Positions 23,210 through 36,751 of a stretch of DNA of 64,000 nt are shown here, piece by piece. How positions within the stretch are numbered: the stretch's first letter is position 1; each line of letters opens with the position of its first letter. A program made the translations under genes and the position numbers. The notes beneath the pieces were generated by a model, which saw only the letters and a program-made list of their open reading frames with translations, made no database searches and was not told where the DNA came from. Location of the stretch: assembly GCF_037042905.1 (NCBI RefSeq), contig NC_087245.1:124001-188000 (forward strand), in the 5' to 3' direction. The stretch comes from Lytechinus pictus (lineage: Eukaryota).

Positions 23210-25350
23210 AGAACGTGTTACGTTTATCTCTTAGTGTTCGTTCTCTTTAAAATTGATTAACAAAACTCACTTCCACTGCCGATCAATCTTTTAAGGATTT
23301 GAAAATCTTTCTTTTGAAAATGTTAAAAACGCTAATGAAAATATTGTAATCATGATTAAAAGAAACTTTCTTAATTCTGCATATCCTTGATAATTTCAAT
23401 GAAATTAATTAATCCTCACATACGACCGGTTTTTTTTAATACGTCTTGTCCTTGGTTATTTCGCGTTCATTGTTCATTATCAAATCTGTCTTTTTTTCTA
23501 CGTAAAGGCCTATGCTTGCACCATCAAAAGTAGTAATAGGAATATGGACAGATTGGTTTCTTATTTATTTTTGTTATGATTGTGTTATTTGTATTTCGTC
23601 ATGAAGGCCTACTTAAGCCAGTCACAGATGCTAACTCGAACATGATTGTTTGTTTTTTAAATATGATTTTCTATCATAAGCAAGATTCAGTATTGATGCC
23701 ATGTTTTTTATCAACCATCAAAGAACGCTATTATGCCTATGACAAATTAATATAAAGCTTATTAGTCATTATTCTTGAATTGGTTAGAAGATATTTCATT
23801 TTAATAGCCAGTAATATTGAGATACGGATAAAATATCAAGCTCCTAATATATTTTTTATATTGTATTAAAAAAAAAATCATCATTCATAATCAACATTTT
23901 TACCATTACAGGCCTATCATCATTATCATTGTTATTTTATATCTATGATTACTGTTATTATCGTTTGTATTACTGTCATTGTTATTTCCATGGTTATTAT
24001 TTTTTCAATTATCATGATTATTGTTGGTGATGGATTAAGCCATCAATTTCTTTCTTTTTCTTACATAATTCACCATTGTGAAAGGGGCTTCACTTGAATA
24101 GCGCAAACTTTGACGTTCGAATTAGTTTCTTTATTTATTCTCTTTAAAACTAATAGATTAGCACACGTTCACGGACTATCAATATTTTCTAAAGATTTGA
24201 AAATCTTTAATTCTTTTGAAAATGCCATCTCCGAAAAAAAAAACGTTTTAAATAATGAAAAGATCCTGATCATGGCCTATGATAGAGAAAGTACCTGTTA
24301 TCATTGTCTCCTTGATAGTATCCTTTGTAATTCTAAGGAAATTAATCCTCATAAAAAACCCGTGTTTTGAATACGTTTTGCCCTTGGCTTTTATTTCGCG
24401 ATTATACTCGAGCTCATAATCCATCGCCCGCGCCCCCGCCCGGCCCAGTGCCATTATCGCCACACCTACGCCTTTAGAATTCGCATCCTCTCTGTAAACT
24501 TTTCTTAAAAACATGCTTTTGAGAACACTAAAAAGCGATGTTTTTTATCTATCTATTTGAAGCGCGGGCGGGAAGGCGAGGGGGATGCTTCCTTTCTTTA
24601 CCACAATCTAGCTTTTATAATTAGAAAAAAAAAAAACCTAAGCCTTTTGAAGTATTTTACACAAAATTTGCACCTGGCGCAGGCCGGGAGCATCTCCACC
24701 CCCATCGCTACACCCTGGACTATCTTCATTGTTCATTATCAAATCTGTCTTTTTTTCTACGTAAAGGCCTATGCTTGCACCATCAAAAGTAAAAAATAGG
24801 AATCGTAACAGATTGTGTTTTTTTTATTTATTTTTGTAATGATTGCGTTGTTAGCATTTAGTCATGAATTGGCCTACCAAAGCCAGACACAGATGCTAAC
24901 TCGAACATGCTTGTTTTGTTTTTTATTATTATTTTCTATCACAATAACATTAAACCACAAGCAAGATTCAGTATTAATACCATGTTTCTTCTCACCCATC
25001 AGAGAACGTTATTATGCCTATAGGCATATAGCAAGAAAACACTCAGATTAAGCCTAGTAGTTTATGATTCTTAAATTGATTAGAATTATTTTATTTTGAT
25101 AGCCATAACTGTTGAGATACGGAAAAGGCAGTACAAGCTCAAATAGATTTTTATATTTAATTATTGATTTTCTTTTAATTATCATAATTATCATTTTGAC
25201 GATTATCATCACCATCATCCCTGTAATTATAATTGTTATTTTGTATTATCATTATTATTATCTTCGTTAGTATTATTCTATCATTATCATTGTAGTTACC
25301 CTGAATCACGATTATCGTTGGTGATTGTGATTGATTAAGCAATCGATCTT
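23210..25350. repeat. Old diverged direct duplication (~23210-24060 versus ~24110-25350; third partial copy ~26430-26800)
   Basis: Shared blocks such as TTCATTGTTCATTATCAAATCTGTCTTTTTTTCTACGTAAAGGCCTATGCTTGCACCATCAAAAGTA and GAAATTAATCCTCA. Confidence 0.75.
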
Positions 25351-26024
25351 TTTTTCTTGTTTCATCTCTCTATTGGATTTGTTGGTATCTTTGTTAACAT
25401 TTCGCCAATGCTATTGTTTCTTCAAACGACATGAGAAAATTTGACGGCGAGAGGTTTGAATCATAAAGGGTTTGATATGATTCTAATCCCTATAAGTTCA
25501 CAAAGTGTACAGTAAACAGTATACATTTCCAGATCCCGCTTTCCCTATCTTGAATTATTTTATTTTGATAGCCATAACTGTTGAGATACGGAAAAGGCAG
25601 TACAAGCTCAAATTGATTTTTATATTTAATTATTGATTTTCTTTTAATTATCATAATTATCATTTTGACGATTATCATCACCATCATCCCTGTAATTATA
25701 ATTGTTATTTTGTATTATCATTATTATTATCTTCGTTAGTATTATTCTATCATTATCATTGTAGTTACCCTGAATCACGATTATCGTTGGTGATTGTGAT
25801 TGATTAAGCAATCGATCTTTTTTTCTTGTTTCATCTCTCTATTGGATTTGTTGGTATCTTTGTTAACATTTCGCCAATGCTATTGTTTCTTCAAACGACA
25901 TGAGAAAATTTGACGGCGAGAGGTTTGAATCATAAAGGGTTTGATATGATTCTAATCCCTATAAGTTCACAAAGTGTACAGTAAACAGTATACATTTCCA
26001 GATCCCGCTTTCCCTATCTTGAAT
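25083..26024. repeat. Near-perfect 469-bp tandem duplication
   Basis: Units 25083-25551 and 25552-26020; I see only about one mismatch (AAATAGATT versus AAATTGATT); GAAT microhomology at the junctions. Confidence 0.92.
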
Positions 26025-26802
26025 AAGTGATTATGATTATTCCCGCTACAGTTTTAGTTCAGTTCAGTTTTTATTTTTTTCTCATTTCCCAAAAAATACA
26101 ATATTCATACAAGTATCATGACAATAATGCAAAGTAGAATACATGTAATCTACCTTTTAGTTATATTTATATATTTTCAGTTACATTTATAAATGTGAAA
26201 CCAAAATTGATAAAAACTCATTGCAATAAAAAACTATGGTGAATTAATAATATTTCGCTGGAAATGGAGAGGTCCACTTAGAAGCTGGATCGTAGACCCC
26301 TCCGATAACAATAGTTATAATGAATTACATATGAAATAAATACCTATGACAATGGCCAACAGAGAGAACCATAAAAAAAAAGACATGGGAATACACAGTG
26401 AACCAACATAGTGAGGGGAGAATGATAGATTTGATCTCTTTCGTTCTCTTGAACTTAATAAATCAACACGCGTTCACTGACGATCAATATTTTAAAGGAT
26501 TTGAGAATCATTCTTTTGAAAATGCCATCTCACGTTTAACGCTTAATGAAAAAATCCTGATAATGGGCCTAAGATTAAATAAAAGATTATTTCTCAATTC
26601 AGCATATCCTTTGTAATTTCAATGAAATTAATCCTCACTTACAAACCGTGTTTTAAATACGTTTTGTCCTCGGCTGTTATTGAGACCCAATAATCAAGCT
26701 CATCGCCCACGCCCCCGCCCTTCCCAGTTCTATTACAACCTCCCCGCCCGCGCTTCAAAAAGATAGATCAAAAGCATCGCTTTTCAAAAGCATGCCTGTT
26801 AA

Positions 26803-27197
26803 AGATAAATTCCAGTAGTTGCAGTAAACACTGATTTCATGATAAAGTCTGTAAAACCAGGCTTAATTGTCAGTATATCATCGAGGATCTAGATCTGGTA
26901 CAGTTACATAAACTGAACTTTGTGAAATCTTGAAATCTACGCTGAAAAATGTTCAGGTTGAACTTCCCCAACACAGATAAGCGCACGTGGGACAGTGTAT
27001 ACTTATTGCTTTGAGCATCGGGCCCGACGCTCTACCCGAATCCTGTGCTTATTTGCTGATTTCTCAGCAATTACACAATTTCTTCCAGAATCCTTTGGCA
27101 CGTGCGTTTTATTTATACAAACAGACACTTTGGTGGTCATTTCATTGGATTCTGTACGAACTCATTTTGATATCGTTACCAAAACTAGCATTTACCT
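26803..27197. mobile_element. ~395-bp TTAA-site MITE (Kolobok-like), copy 2
   Basis: TTAA TSD at 26799-26802 and 27198-27201; reverse complement of 19204-19598. Confidence 0.9.
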
Positions 27198-29797
27198 TTA
27201 ATTAAGAAAGATTTACTAACGGGATGCGAATTCTTAACTCCAGCTCATCGATTTCAGCTAAATAATCCCCTTCATGCACCGGCTGCGTGCGAGTACTATG
27301 AATAGCCAATAAAAAATGGTGTACGTTGCTAGGGGCGGAGCTTAGTACAGCGCGAAGATTTGAGCTTGATGAACGAGCGGAGTGTCAGAAAAGTTCGAAC
27401 TGACCAAAAAAAAACACTCGCAGAAAAACGGCTTTTTCGACAATTTCCCGTTATCATTTTCGATTGATTTTTTGACAGAGTATACTTGAAACATTAAACA
27501 TCCCTAAAATGTAAAAATAAAAATTTCGACATTTTTGAAGATTTTTTGCATTTTACCCATTTTCTCAATTCGGTATCGAGCGACTTCTGTCTGATTTAGA
27601 CAAACCATGTCACAAGTGTGTTTGGACACCCTCACTCCACATCCCCTTTACAACCACACACACATGGGCTTATCTATTTTTCATCTTTAATGAACCACGA
27701 TCAATGAACCCCCCCCCCCAAAAAAAAAAAAAAAAATCTAAATAAATGAATAAAATGAAAATATAAAAAAAGAGAGAGAGATGGAGAAAGAGAGAATTCA
27801 GATCAAATAATAATAAATTTAGAAAAGAAAAATAGTTTAAAAGGTTTTTTTTCATGAATCACGGGTGTGGGTGAGTGTTTGTGTGTGATTGTGTCATTGT
27901 GACTGTGAGGTGCACTTGGATTGCATATAAATTATGTTAAAGAAATGAAGAAATGAAGAAATGAAATCAATATCGAACTCAGTCTATTCAAATTCCAGCA
28001 CATAGCCACAGGCTAGCTATGTACATGTATTGTAGGTTCATGAACCTTAAGTTTTTCACAAGTTATTTGAAAACGCAGATTTCCACAGAAAATGCCTTTC
28101 ATTCTGGGAGAGTCTAAATTCGGTGAAAATGTATTCATTAATAACTAAAATATTCATCACAATGAAGAAATCATAAAGTTTTTTGACAGTGTTAAAAAAT
28201 TAACATGAAATCTAAACTCTATCTGAAACGGAAAATCACCATCACTTAGGCCATTACTGATAGAATTCTCACCCAGAGCTCTGGCAGAGAACATGAGCTC
28301 AAACTGGCTAGCTCTAACACCAAACTCAAGTGCACGGCGTCCTCCTATTTTTTTTTTTAGATGGAGCCTTGTTTGATGATTTATTGTCTGATATTTACCC
28401 CTCTCCAAGAAAGAAATTAAAAAGCTACAATTCATAACTATAAGCTAAGTGATTTTGGATTATTAAGGCTCCGTTTTGACAAGCAAAGTCGGCGACTGTG
28501 AGGATAAAAGACTCGCACATCGTATGTGCTGTGAACAGGAATTTATCTCCTGTGCAATTCGAATTACTATATCGCAGAATGGTGATATCCCAACTGGAAA
28601 TGTGTGCATTAGAAATTGCACATGGTGAAGTATGGAAAAACCGCTACCGGAAGCACGCGCACATGTATTACAGAAGAAAAAAAAGACGGACGTAGCTCAC
28701 TTTTTATGGTACAGAAAAACTATGCACTTATGTGTTTATCGTAAATTGAAAGTTACTTGATTTTGGCTTTCAGATATTTAAATTACATGTATGATATGGC
28801 TTCACGGCTCACTCACGGCGGGCGCAATTACCTGGAAAATATTTGCGTCCGGTCGTCAAAATTTTGATGATTTTGGGGCTTTATGGGCGCAATTGATGGC
28901 TTTATGAGCGCGAATTTGCGCTCAGCGCCCGCTTATTTCAAGGCTTGGCCATGGGGTGTACATTTCATGCATTAGATTGACAGTGCATATTGATTTTCAA
29001 GTTTAAAAAATGTATTTTGATAAATTTCATATCTAACTAAAAAAGGGAGCCCTTCATCCTTGAGTTCATATCGCCTGGGGGGAAAAAAACTTGACAAGTT
29101 ATTTTGATGGTATCATAATCACAACTGAAAAATGTGCACTGCTTTAAAAAAGGTCATAGATATACCTCTAGTTCTTGAAAGAGTGTATTTACTTGTATCA
29201 GAGCCAAATATTATAGTAGTGGTTGTTACAGTTATTTTACTTTAATATGAACAGCTACACATACTGTACTTGCAGAACGGTAACACTTGTCAAGAATTTT
29301 GAATTCTTCCTGAATGGGTGCAAAGGGCAGAGCAAATTTTGTCAGTGCATTGGTCAATCATGACGAAAACCTCCATTTGAGAACACTATACCCCAGTTTC
29401 CCTCAATCAATTCTCTTCTCCAAGTACGACAAACCATAACTGCCCCAAGCAATCAATTTAAGTATCAAAACACCTGTTTCTTGACCTCTGTCCGAAGATA
29501 ACATGCATGCTGTCATTTTAATTCACTTACTTTCCTTATTTCGAGGTCGATTTTCTTTGTTCAAAATTGAAAATGGACTAACATTGGATTTCTGAATACA
29601 ATATGCCTTTGAAAACGTGACTAAATATCGAATACAATAATTTCATTCCGAAGGTCCTACAGTACTTCAGGCAGAGAAGTCTAACGTAATAGCACAGCTG
29701 TTGTTTATCATTTCGTCCTTGGCTCAACGCTCATAATCTGGCCTGTGGAGATAAAATTGAGACAGCGGGGATTACCTGGCCTAGCGAGGTTGATCAG

Positions 29798-29957
29798 GCG
29801 GGTGTTTCATAAAGCTGTTCGTAAATAAAGAGCGACTGGTGATCCTGTCTTGCGGTAAATGGTACACACCATTGGCGATGATTTAGCGCGCGAGAAAGGA
29901 TCACCAGTCGTTCTTAAAGTCGCTCTTAACTTACGAACAGCATTATGAAACGGCCCC
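29798..29957. mobile_element. Short PIF/Harbinger-type MITE
   Basis: Inverted ends ...GTTTCATAAAGCTGTTCGTAA / TTACGAACAGCATTATGAAAC...; CAG and CTG flanks (CWG target). Confidence 0.7.
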
Positions 29958-30198
29958 CTGGGCTTGGAAATGATTTTGGGATTTACGAACGCAAAATGGG
30001 GTATAGAACTGCAGTTTGCAATCTGAACTGCGGTCTTTCTCCAAACGGGGGTTTGACGTAATGTTTTCACATGTGAGCATGTTTCAAAGTCGGAGCCCTG
30101 AGATTTTGTCCTGTCCTATCTTTTCTTTTTTACATGCCCACTGTGCCCATCCCCTTCTCCCTCCCCCCCTTTCCTCTCTCTGTCTGTCTAGTTGACCC

Positions 30199-30760
30199 CC
30201 CCCCCCCCCGGGGGGGGGGGGACTCGACCAAAAAAGTGGTAGGTATGTGCCGCGGGCGAGACAAAAAACCAGGCTTTTGAGCGGGCTTATTGTAAAAAGG
30301 AGGGTCCTAAAAATGTTTGTGAAAACGGGGGTCCTTGGAACAGGTCGCCTACGTGCGAGCTTTTCCGCGGATGCTACCTTTCCATCTATGCGTTGTTATT
30401 TGGCTATGATGCATTCCTATGGAACGGGCACATGTGCATGCAGCTAGCACGGGCGCCGGGTGCGCTCACGATTGTCGGACAGTGTTCAAGCTCTGCGGCC
30501 CGCTTTTTACCAAATTTGCAGCGGATCAATGCGGCCGGATCGGCGTAACAAAAAATATGCAAAGCTTTGGAGCGGATTTCTTCTTTTGTTCTTGATAAGA
30601 AGAAAATGCTATGCTTTGGAGCGGCTTTCTTTGTTCTTTTTCTCAATAAGATAAAAATGCTATGCCTTGGAACAGAAATTTGAGTGTAAAAATGGGGGTC
30701 ATCTCCGCGGCACATACCCACCACGCAATATATACTGAGTGCCCCCCCCCCCCCCCCGGG
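30199..30760. mobile_element. MITE with CCCGGG(G)n termini
   Basis: CCCG(G)n-ACTC ... GAGTG(C)n-GGG ends, inverted GTGGTAGGTATGTGCCGCGG / CCGCGGCACATACCCACCAC, flanking direct repeat GTTGACCC; left boundary blurred by poly-C. Confidence 0.8.
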
Positions 30761-32216
30761 GTTGACCCGTGCAAGCTTACATTGTAAAATTCAGCTGTTC
30801 ATCCCCAGCAATGTGCGCTTGTGCAAAGGGAGTGGCCGTTGTCCATGCCAATCTTCAAAGAAATAAACAAGTGCAGCTCGTACTCTGTCATTCAGGTACG
30901 AAGATTTAGATCTAACTTTAGAATCTCAGCAATTATACAGAATTACAGTAAGCTTTAATAGAGACATAAAATGACACAAATATGCAATATTTTGTTAAAA
31001 AATTTTAAAAGATGGAAAATAGTGAACTCACTAAATGAAATTGCTAAAGATCATGCCTTTTCTTTAAATGAAAAAATGTGTGGGAGGAACATTGCTCACC
31101 ACAAAATATCATTTAGGCGGAAGTGCCAATTGTCCAAATGCCAATGTGGGAGCCATATTTTAGAATTTAGCTCTTATTTGTAGGCTCTCCCAAACTCAGA
31201 AGACACGTATGTTTATCACCCATAGGCTATGTATCAACCCAGCGGAGTTCGCCATTAAAGGCCTTTGCACAGTTTCAACGTTGGTGTCGTGATACTTTTC
31301 AATAAAGAAAGTGTGTGTCGTACCATGACAACATGAATTGTTGCTGGAATTTCCAGGGATTTAAAGTGGATATGGTGTGATCAAACTATGAAAATTTATA
31401 ATCCATTATATCAATGGTCATATCATGACTTTAGTTAAGAATATCATGCACAAATAAAGGCAGGTCAGCATAATTTCATATCATTGTCTAATACGTAATA
31501 GATCGAGTGTGGGAGACGGGGGTAAAAAATTTCAACATTTTATTATCTTTATTGTACTAAGTTCTCAATTTTTGTAATACTTTCTTTCTATAGTATGTTA
31601 TTTTGTTGTTATTTTATTGTATATTTGTGTTGAGTTTGACAACTCTCCAGTTTTTTTTAATGTGTAAGCTAAATAAATAGTCAGTGGATCTTGGGGCTAT
31701 ATTGCAATTGAAATCACGCACGTCAAGTGGCGTAATTCATCTGATCGGGGGGGGGGGGGTGTGAGAGCAATAATTATGTTGAGTTAAAAAAAATGGTCCC
31801 CCCCAGAGCTGTTAGTAGACGGGGATACAAAACGTGTGTGAAGGGATGGGGGTCAAAGCAATATATTGAGCTGAATATTCAACAATAATATTCAAGGGTA
31901 ACTCATCCCCCCCCCTTCAAGAGCTATCAGTAGACAGGGGCGGATCCAGCCTTTGCCAATATGGGGGGGGGGGCCGAATTTTTTTAGCCACATTTTCCCG
32001 GTCGGCCACTCGAAGTTGATTTTTGTTTGTATCTTTGAAGGGGTAGTCTTTTATTATAATAGTCTAAGCTTTATTCTTGTAAATCAACATAAATATATAA
32101 TAATCTCATAAGCCTTATTTGATTAGTGCGAGTGCAAAGTATTTTGTCCTAAAATCTAAATATTCTGGGCAATGTTTGTGATCCTAAGACAGATGTGTAT
32201 CCACCGCAACTACATA

Positions 32217-33913
32217 ACTAGATTTTAATTCATCATGCGGACGAATTAGGTGGTCTGTCCTTATTCTCGCCATCATGATCACTATTACCATGTTCAAGCA
32301 GATCAATATGATCTTCATGATGACAACGGAATGTTCATTATGGATGGAATACTTGTGAAAGACGGGAGATGATAAAGCACTGTGAAAAGGGTCTCTTTGA
32401 TATATGAAAATACATGTGATATGAAAAAAGTAATTATAATCTGTTTAATCTTGCTAAATTTTAACTTTCATACCTTTTAATTATCATAAAGGATCATGTA
32501 CGAGGTGGTAAAAAGAAAAAAAAAATGGAAAAAAAAAATTATCTTGTTCACCCCCAGGACTCGAACCTGCGCCCCCAAGAACTCAAGTCAAGTGCGTTAT
32601 CCATTGAGCCACGATATTCCCCATAGAGATTACACGTTCCCATAGAGATTACACGTAAGCAAATTTGAGAATTACAAATCCAATTTTGCAAGTGAAAAAC
32701 GGGCATGATTCTGGCATCTGATCGAAAAATGGAGGGCACACTTCCGAAAGCTTAGAATCTCAGCTACATCATACCAAAAGCTCAGGGATAATTAACAAGA
32801 AAAAATGGAGATATAGCTCACGAAATAGAGGAATGTAGAATCTAGTTTTGAGAAAAAGTCATGTCCCATTGAGATTACACGTAAAATGAGGAAAAATGAC
32901 ATGCCTCTTTTCATCGCAATTTTACACCATGATGCGTTTTTCAAAATGAAAATTCATGGTGACTGACGAGAAAGAGTACATTCTAAACTACATCTTATAT
33001 GTAATCTGGGCGAAAAATGATCAATATTCACGGAGTTATGATCAAATTTGCATAAATTTGATGACGTCATTTTTGAAAAAATGAAATTTTCAGTTTAGGC
33101 GCAATTTTGATGACGTCATGATCAAATTGAGGGACAATGGTTACATGAAATCAAAACTACAACTCATACTCTATTGATACATGAAAAAAAAATGGGGGTC
33201 AACGGACTATTTAAAGAGCTACAGTGAATTTTCAATAGGCATGTTTTTGCCCATATATGGCCTATAGTGAGAGCTCGCGCGCACACGTGCAGCAAACTTC
33301 AACGGGTGTTAATTTCGTTATTAATGGTCGTAGAAGGTTGATCAAGGTATCAAATTGCTCATAATTATATTATCAATGCAATGATATAAAAAAAAAACGT
33401 GTTTCTGCGTTGCGTTGGAGGCGTTACGCGCGGAAACGCGCGCGCATACGTGTGCGAGCGCAAATTTTTGAAATGCTTAAAATGACCTGAAACGTACTTT
33501 ACTTTGGTCAAAAAGTGATTTTGAGCAATTAAAAATTTTGACGCGCGCATACGCGCGCGTCGTGACCTCCAGGTGACCTTTGATGACATGACCTGTTGAC
33601 CCGTGACCTGAAGTTAATGTGATATGAATTTGATTGATTTTTGATAATTGATAATGGAGATATGATTGATAATGTGATTTCACAAAATGGCGCCTGGATG
33701 ACGTCACGATGACCTGATGACCTTGAAAAAGTTGATTTTACTTGAAATCATAAGGCTTAATGACTGACAGAAATTTGAAGGAAATTGACCATGTCGATTT
33801 CGAGTGAACGTGTGTACAAAAAAGTGTACGGAAGAAATAAAAATAAATAAATAAATAAAGAAAGAAAATTCTGACGAAATCAATAGGTGATCTGTCATAG
33901 ACAGACCACCTAA
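32217..33913 (-). mobile_element. Helentron-associated non-autonomous element (HINE)
   Basis: On the minus strand: 5' subTIR TAGGTGGTCTGTC inside a hairpin, (TTTA)n run, 3' subTIR GACAGACCACCTAA, short hairpin AATTCGTC-CGCAT-GATGAATT, CTAG end, TT target; flanks rejoin into a repeat seen uninterrupted near 54850-54890. Confidence 0.8.
32546..32620 (-). pseudogene. tRNA-like / SINE-head segment inside the HINE
   Basis: Minus strand: A-box TGGCTCAATGG, B-box GGTTCGAGTCC with T-stem CAGG/CCTG; acceptor and anticodon stems are poor; T-run follows at about 32529-32538. Confidence 0.6.
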
Positions 33914-34173
33914 TAATTACTGCGAGCGCGAAGCGGGAACAGAAAATTTTAATATATGTTTTGATCTGATCAAAAACAGCTGCTTGCAGTTAGCCATGAA
34001 GACCTTACATTTTTCAACAATCAAATAATGTGAGCGAAAAGCGTGGGCTGAAAATTTTGACATTTCTAGACGAATTATGGAAATTCTAAGCACTTTTTGT
34101 AATCGTGATAATAATAAGTAGATTTTAAGTAGTTTGTTATAAAATCAATATTGAGATATACATAACTCACCCG

Positions 34174-34330
34174 GGGAGTGTTTCATCAACATTTTCATCC
34201 GACAAGTTGTCAGATCTGACATCTTTCTCTGATGTTGATTGGCTGAGAGGTACTGTTACTATTGTAACTGTCGGATAAAATGGGACTTGTCGGATAAAAC
34301 GTCCGACAAGTCTTTTCATGAAACGCTCCC
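34174..34330. mobile_element. Short PIF/Harbinger-type MITE
   Basis: TIR GGGAGTGTTTCAT / ATGAAACGCTCCC; CCG direct repeat on both flanks. Confidence 0.75.
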
Positions 34331-36751
34331 CCGGTGTATTGGAAAAGAGAGGGAAAGGAGCACCCCCTTCTCCCGATCCGCTTGAGACAACATTATACCT
34401 TCAACTTTCTTCTTCGTTCTCTTTTTTATATATTTCTTGTACATACCATCTCAAGATCTTATTTATTTTTAATAGTAATTCATATTCATATTTATAGTGT
34501 AAACAGATTTTACCTCTTATAATTACAATTCTATACGTGTTGAGGACCCCACTGAAAATAAGCTTTCGAACTATCCTGTTAAAGATTACTGACTTTTATT
34601 TTAATTTAATTTAATTTCATTTATTTATTCATTTATTTATTTATTCTTACTCATTATTATTTTTGGGGAGGGGTCCTTTCACACCCATAATCATCAGACA
34701 ATAATCGTTCCGAATCCTCCTTCATTTAGGTTATGTAAATGAAATACTAAAATATTAAATTAAGAGGAAAGGAATTAAGACAAAGTAATTTTACAGCTAC
34801 AACTATGATTCATTTGCGAAAAAGGGTATTTATTTTTTATCTTAAGACCGCTCGGGGGACATTCATAATGTAGTTTTTAGTCAAAAAATAAATTGTGTCA
34901 GGAACTCGTTGGCTGCAGTAAATAAATATTTTCTTTAAAATGGATAACCATGAGAAACAAAATAATCATATCCATCTTTAGTCGAAGTGCCAGGGATGAG
35001 CTCTTTGGTGTAAAAACCGCTTGCGAACCAATTCTGCACATTGAAAAATAAACGCTGACTAAGCAAAAGAAAATTATAAACTGATTGATTGAAATTGCCG
35101 TTGCATACGATGACATGTTCAAATAAAATTGGAATCATGCAGTATTTTGTTTGTTATACACAAAGAAAACTCAGACCATGACACCCGTCATGATTTTTGT
35201 ATCCAATATGATTCTATAACATATATTTACATCAGGACAATTTATATAATATAGACACACATAATAGAAATTGTAATAGATATGCGCTATGCTAAACAGT
35301 CAATGTGAGTATATGCAATCTTGACCTAAATTTGCCTTTTGGTAATTCAGGAAAGAAATAATAATTCTAGAAAATGAAATCATTTATGTGTTAGGTATAT
35401 TCCGAACATTTTCCAAAATCGTTAAACCATTAATTTCACAGATTAAGTGTCAAAATTAAGTATTAAAGTGCGAAGTGGTCATTACAAGGGGAAAAGGTAC
35501 GTGGAAAATACCACCTTACACCAGTATGGGACTAGATATCCGTCCCCGCAGACACGGCGATCAGCCCGTGTGCGCACGCTAAAATTTATCATTCTGCGGC
35601 TCGCGTGCTAGGAATGAACTTGATTTTTCTCTCAATTACGAAACTCATCGTGGAAAAGGTTATCCAACATGCAATGATATACTCGTAAAATTTGTCGTCA
35701 TGTATCATTTACACACAGATAATAGAATATAACCCTTCTTTTGGAGAACTATTAGTAAGTTGTTCGAATCTAACAATTTTCTTTTAAAAATATAACAACA
35801 ATTTACCTGATTTCAAATGCCTGCCATTTCTTAAAAAAAACTAGAATCAATAAGCCACCACCGTTATCAGTTGTGAAAAATTCTAGGAAACGTACTAAGA
35901 TGCTTTTGCAAATAATTAAAATTTAAGGGGATATGAAAATAAGGATTTTGCAATGCTATATCAAATTTCTGTTATATTTTCATCAATTTTGGGATTGCAT
36001 CGAAATGACTGATAATTCAAAGTCTTACCCACACTTGCTTGTAAATTCGGTATATGTTGGTACACTGATAGTCAATGTAAATGATAAACATTCATAGCCT
36101 CACTAAAATTCAACAAATCCATTGTTTTTAGAATTTTATTGTCGCGGACATTTTGGAGAGTGAGCAAAGTGATGCTAACAAACGTCGCTAACAATATTGC
36201 TAGGCGAAAAGGCCTTTCAATGGCGCGCTCCACTGAGTTGAGGCCGTGAACATACGTGAAGAAGAACAGGAAGGAGACATCTTGCTAGCTTGAACTCCAG
36301 TGTTCTCTTGCCTGATCTGGGCAGGGCATCATTATTCAAAAGAACACTTGGTTGTTTTTGCACAAGGTACAAAGAACATTCAAATTAAGTTCAGAGTAGT
36401 AATACAAAAGTAATATATACATTGTTACACTGTATGTATAAGAAGAATTGTAAGAGAAATTACATTTATATTCCATTTAGTTATTTTTTCTCTAAGGAAG
36501 TTCATTGCATTTACAAGAATATTTCAGAATTTAAAGTTTGTACACGCATGACACACTGAAATGTCTGGTATACAGTCCAACCTCTCTAATGTTTGGCCTC
36601 CCCTTATCCGGATCTCTATATTATCCAGACGCACACTTGCCGAGATTTTTTTTTCAATCGAATACATGGGGAAATGAGATTTCAATCTAAACTAAAAATT
36701 CCTATGCAATTTCACTTTGATTACATACATTTTTCAATATAGTCTACCAAC

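Larger units (their letters stand above)
22291..27614. mobile_element. Old TIR element (TGTGAC termini) nested in the hAT element
   Basis: Degenerate ~35-bp TIR: TGTGACTCGTCCTGTCAAAAGCAGACAGAATTCG versus reverse complement TGTGACATGGTTTGTCTAAATCAGACAGAAGTCG. Confidence 0.6.
22037..28947. mobile_element. 6.9-kb non-autonomous hAT-type element inflated by nested insertions
   Basis: 17-bp perfect TIR CAAGCCTTGAAATAAGC; 8-bp TSD GCCATGGG at 22029-22036 and 28948-28955. Confidence 0.9.

Noticed and set aside
19178..27205. Duplicated small ORFs (MGHCII... / MGQCIL...) suggesting a paralogous gene pair
   Set aside because: Both fall inside the two copies of the same 395-bp MITE
35531..35570. Possible Helitron 3' end on the minus strand (hairpin plus CTAG)
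   Set aside because: The stem is short and I found no matching 5' end
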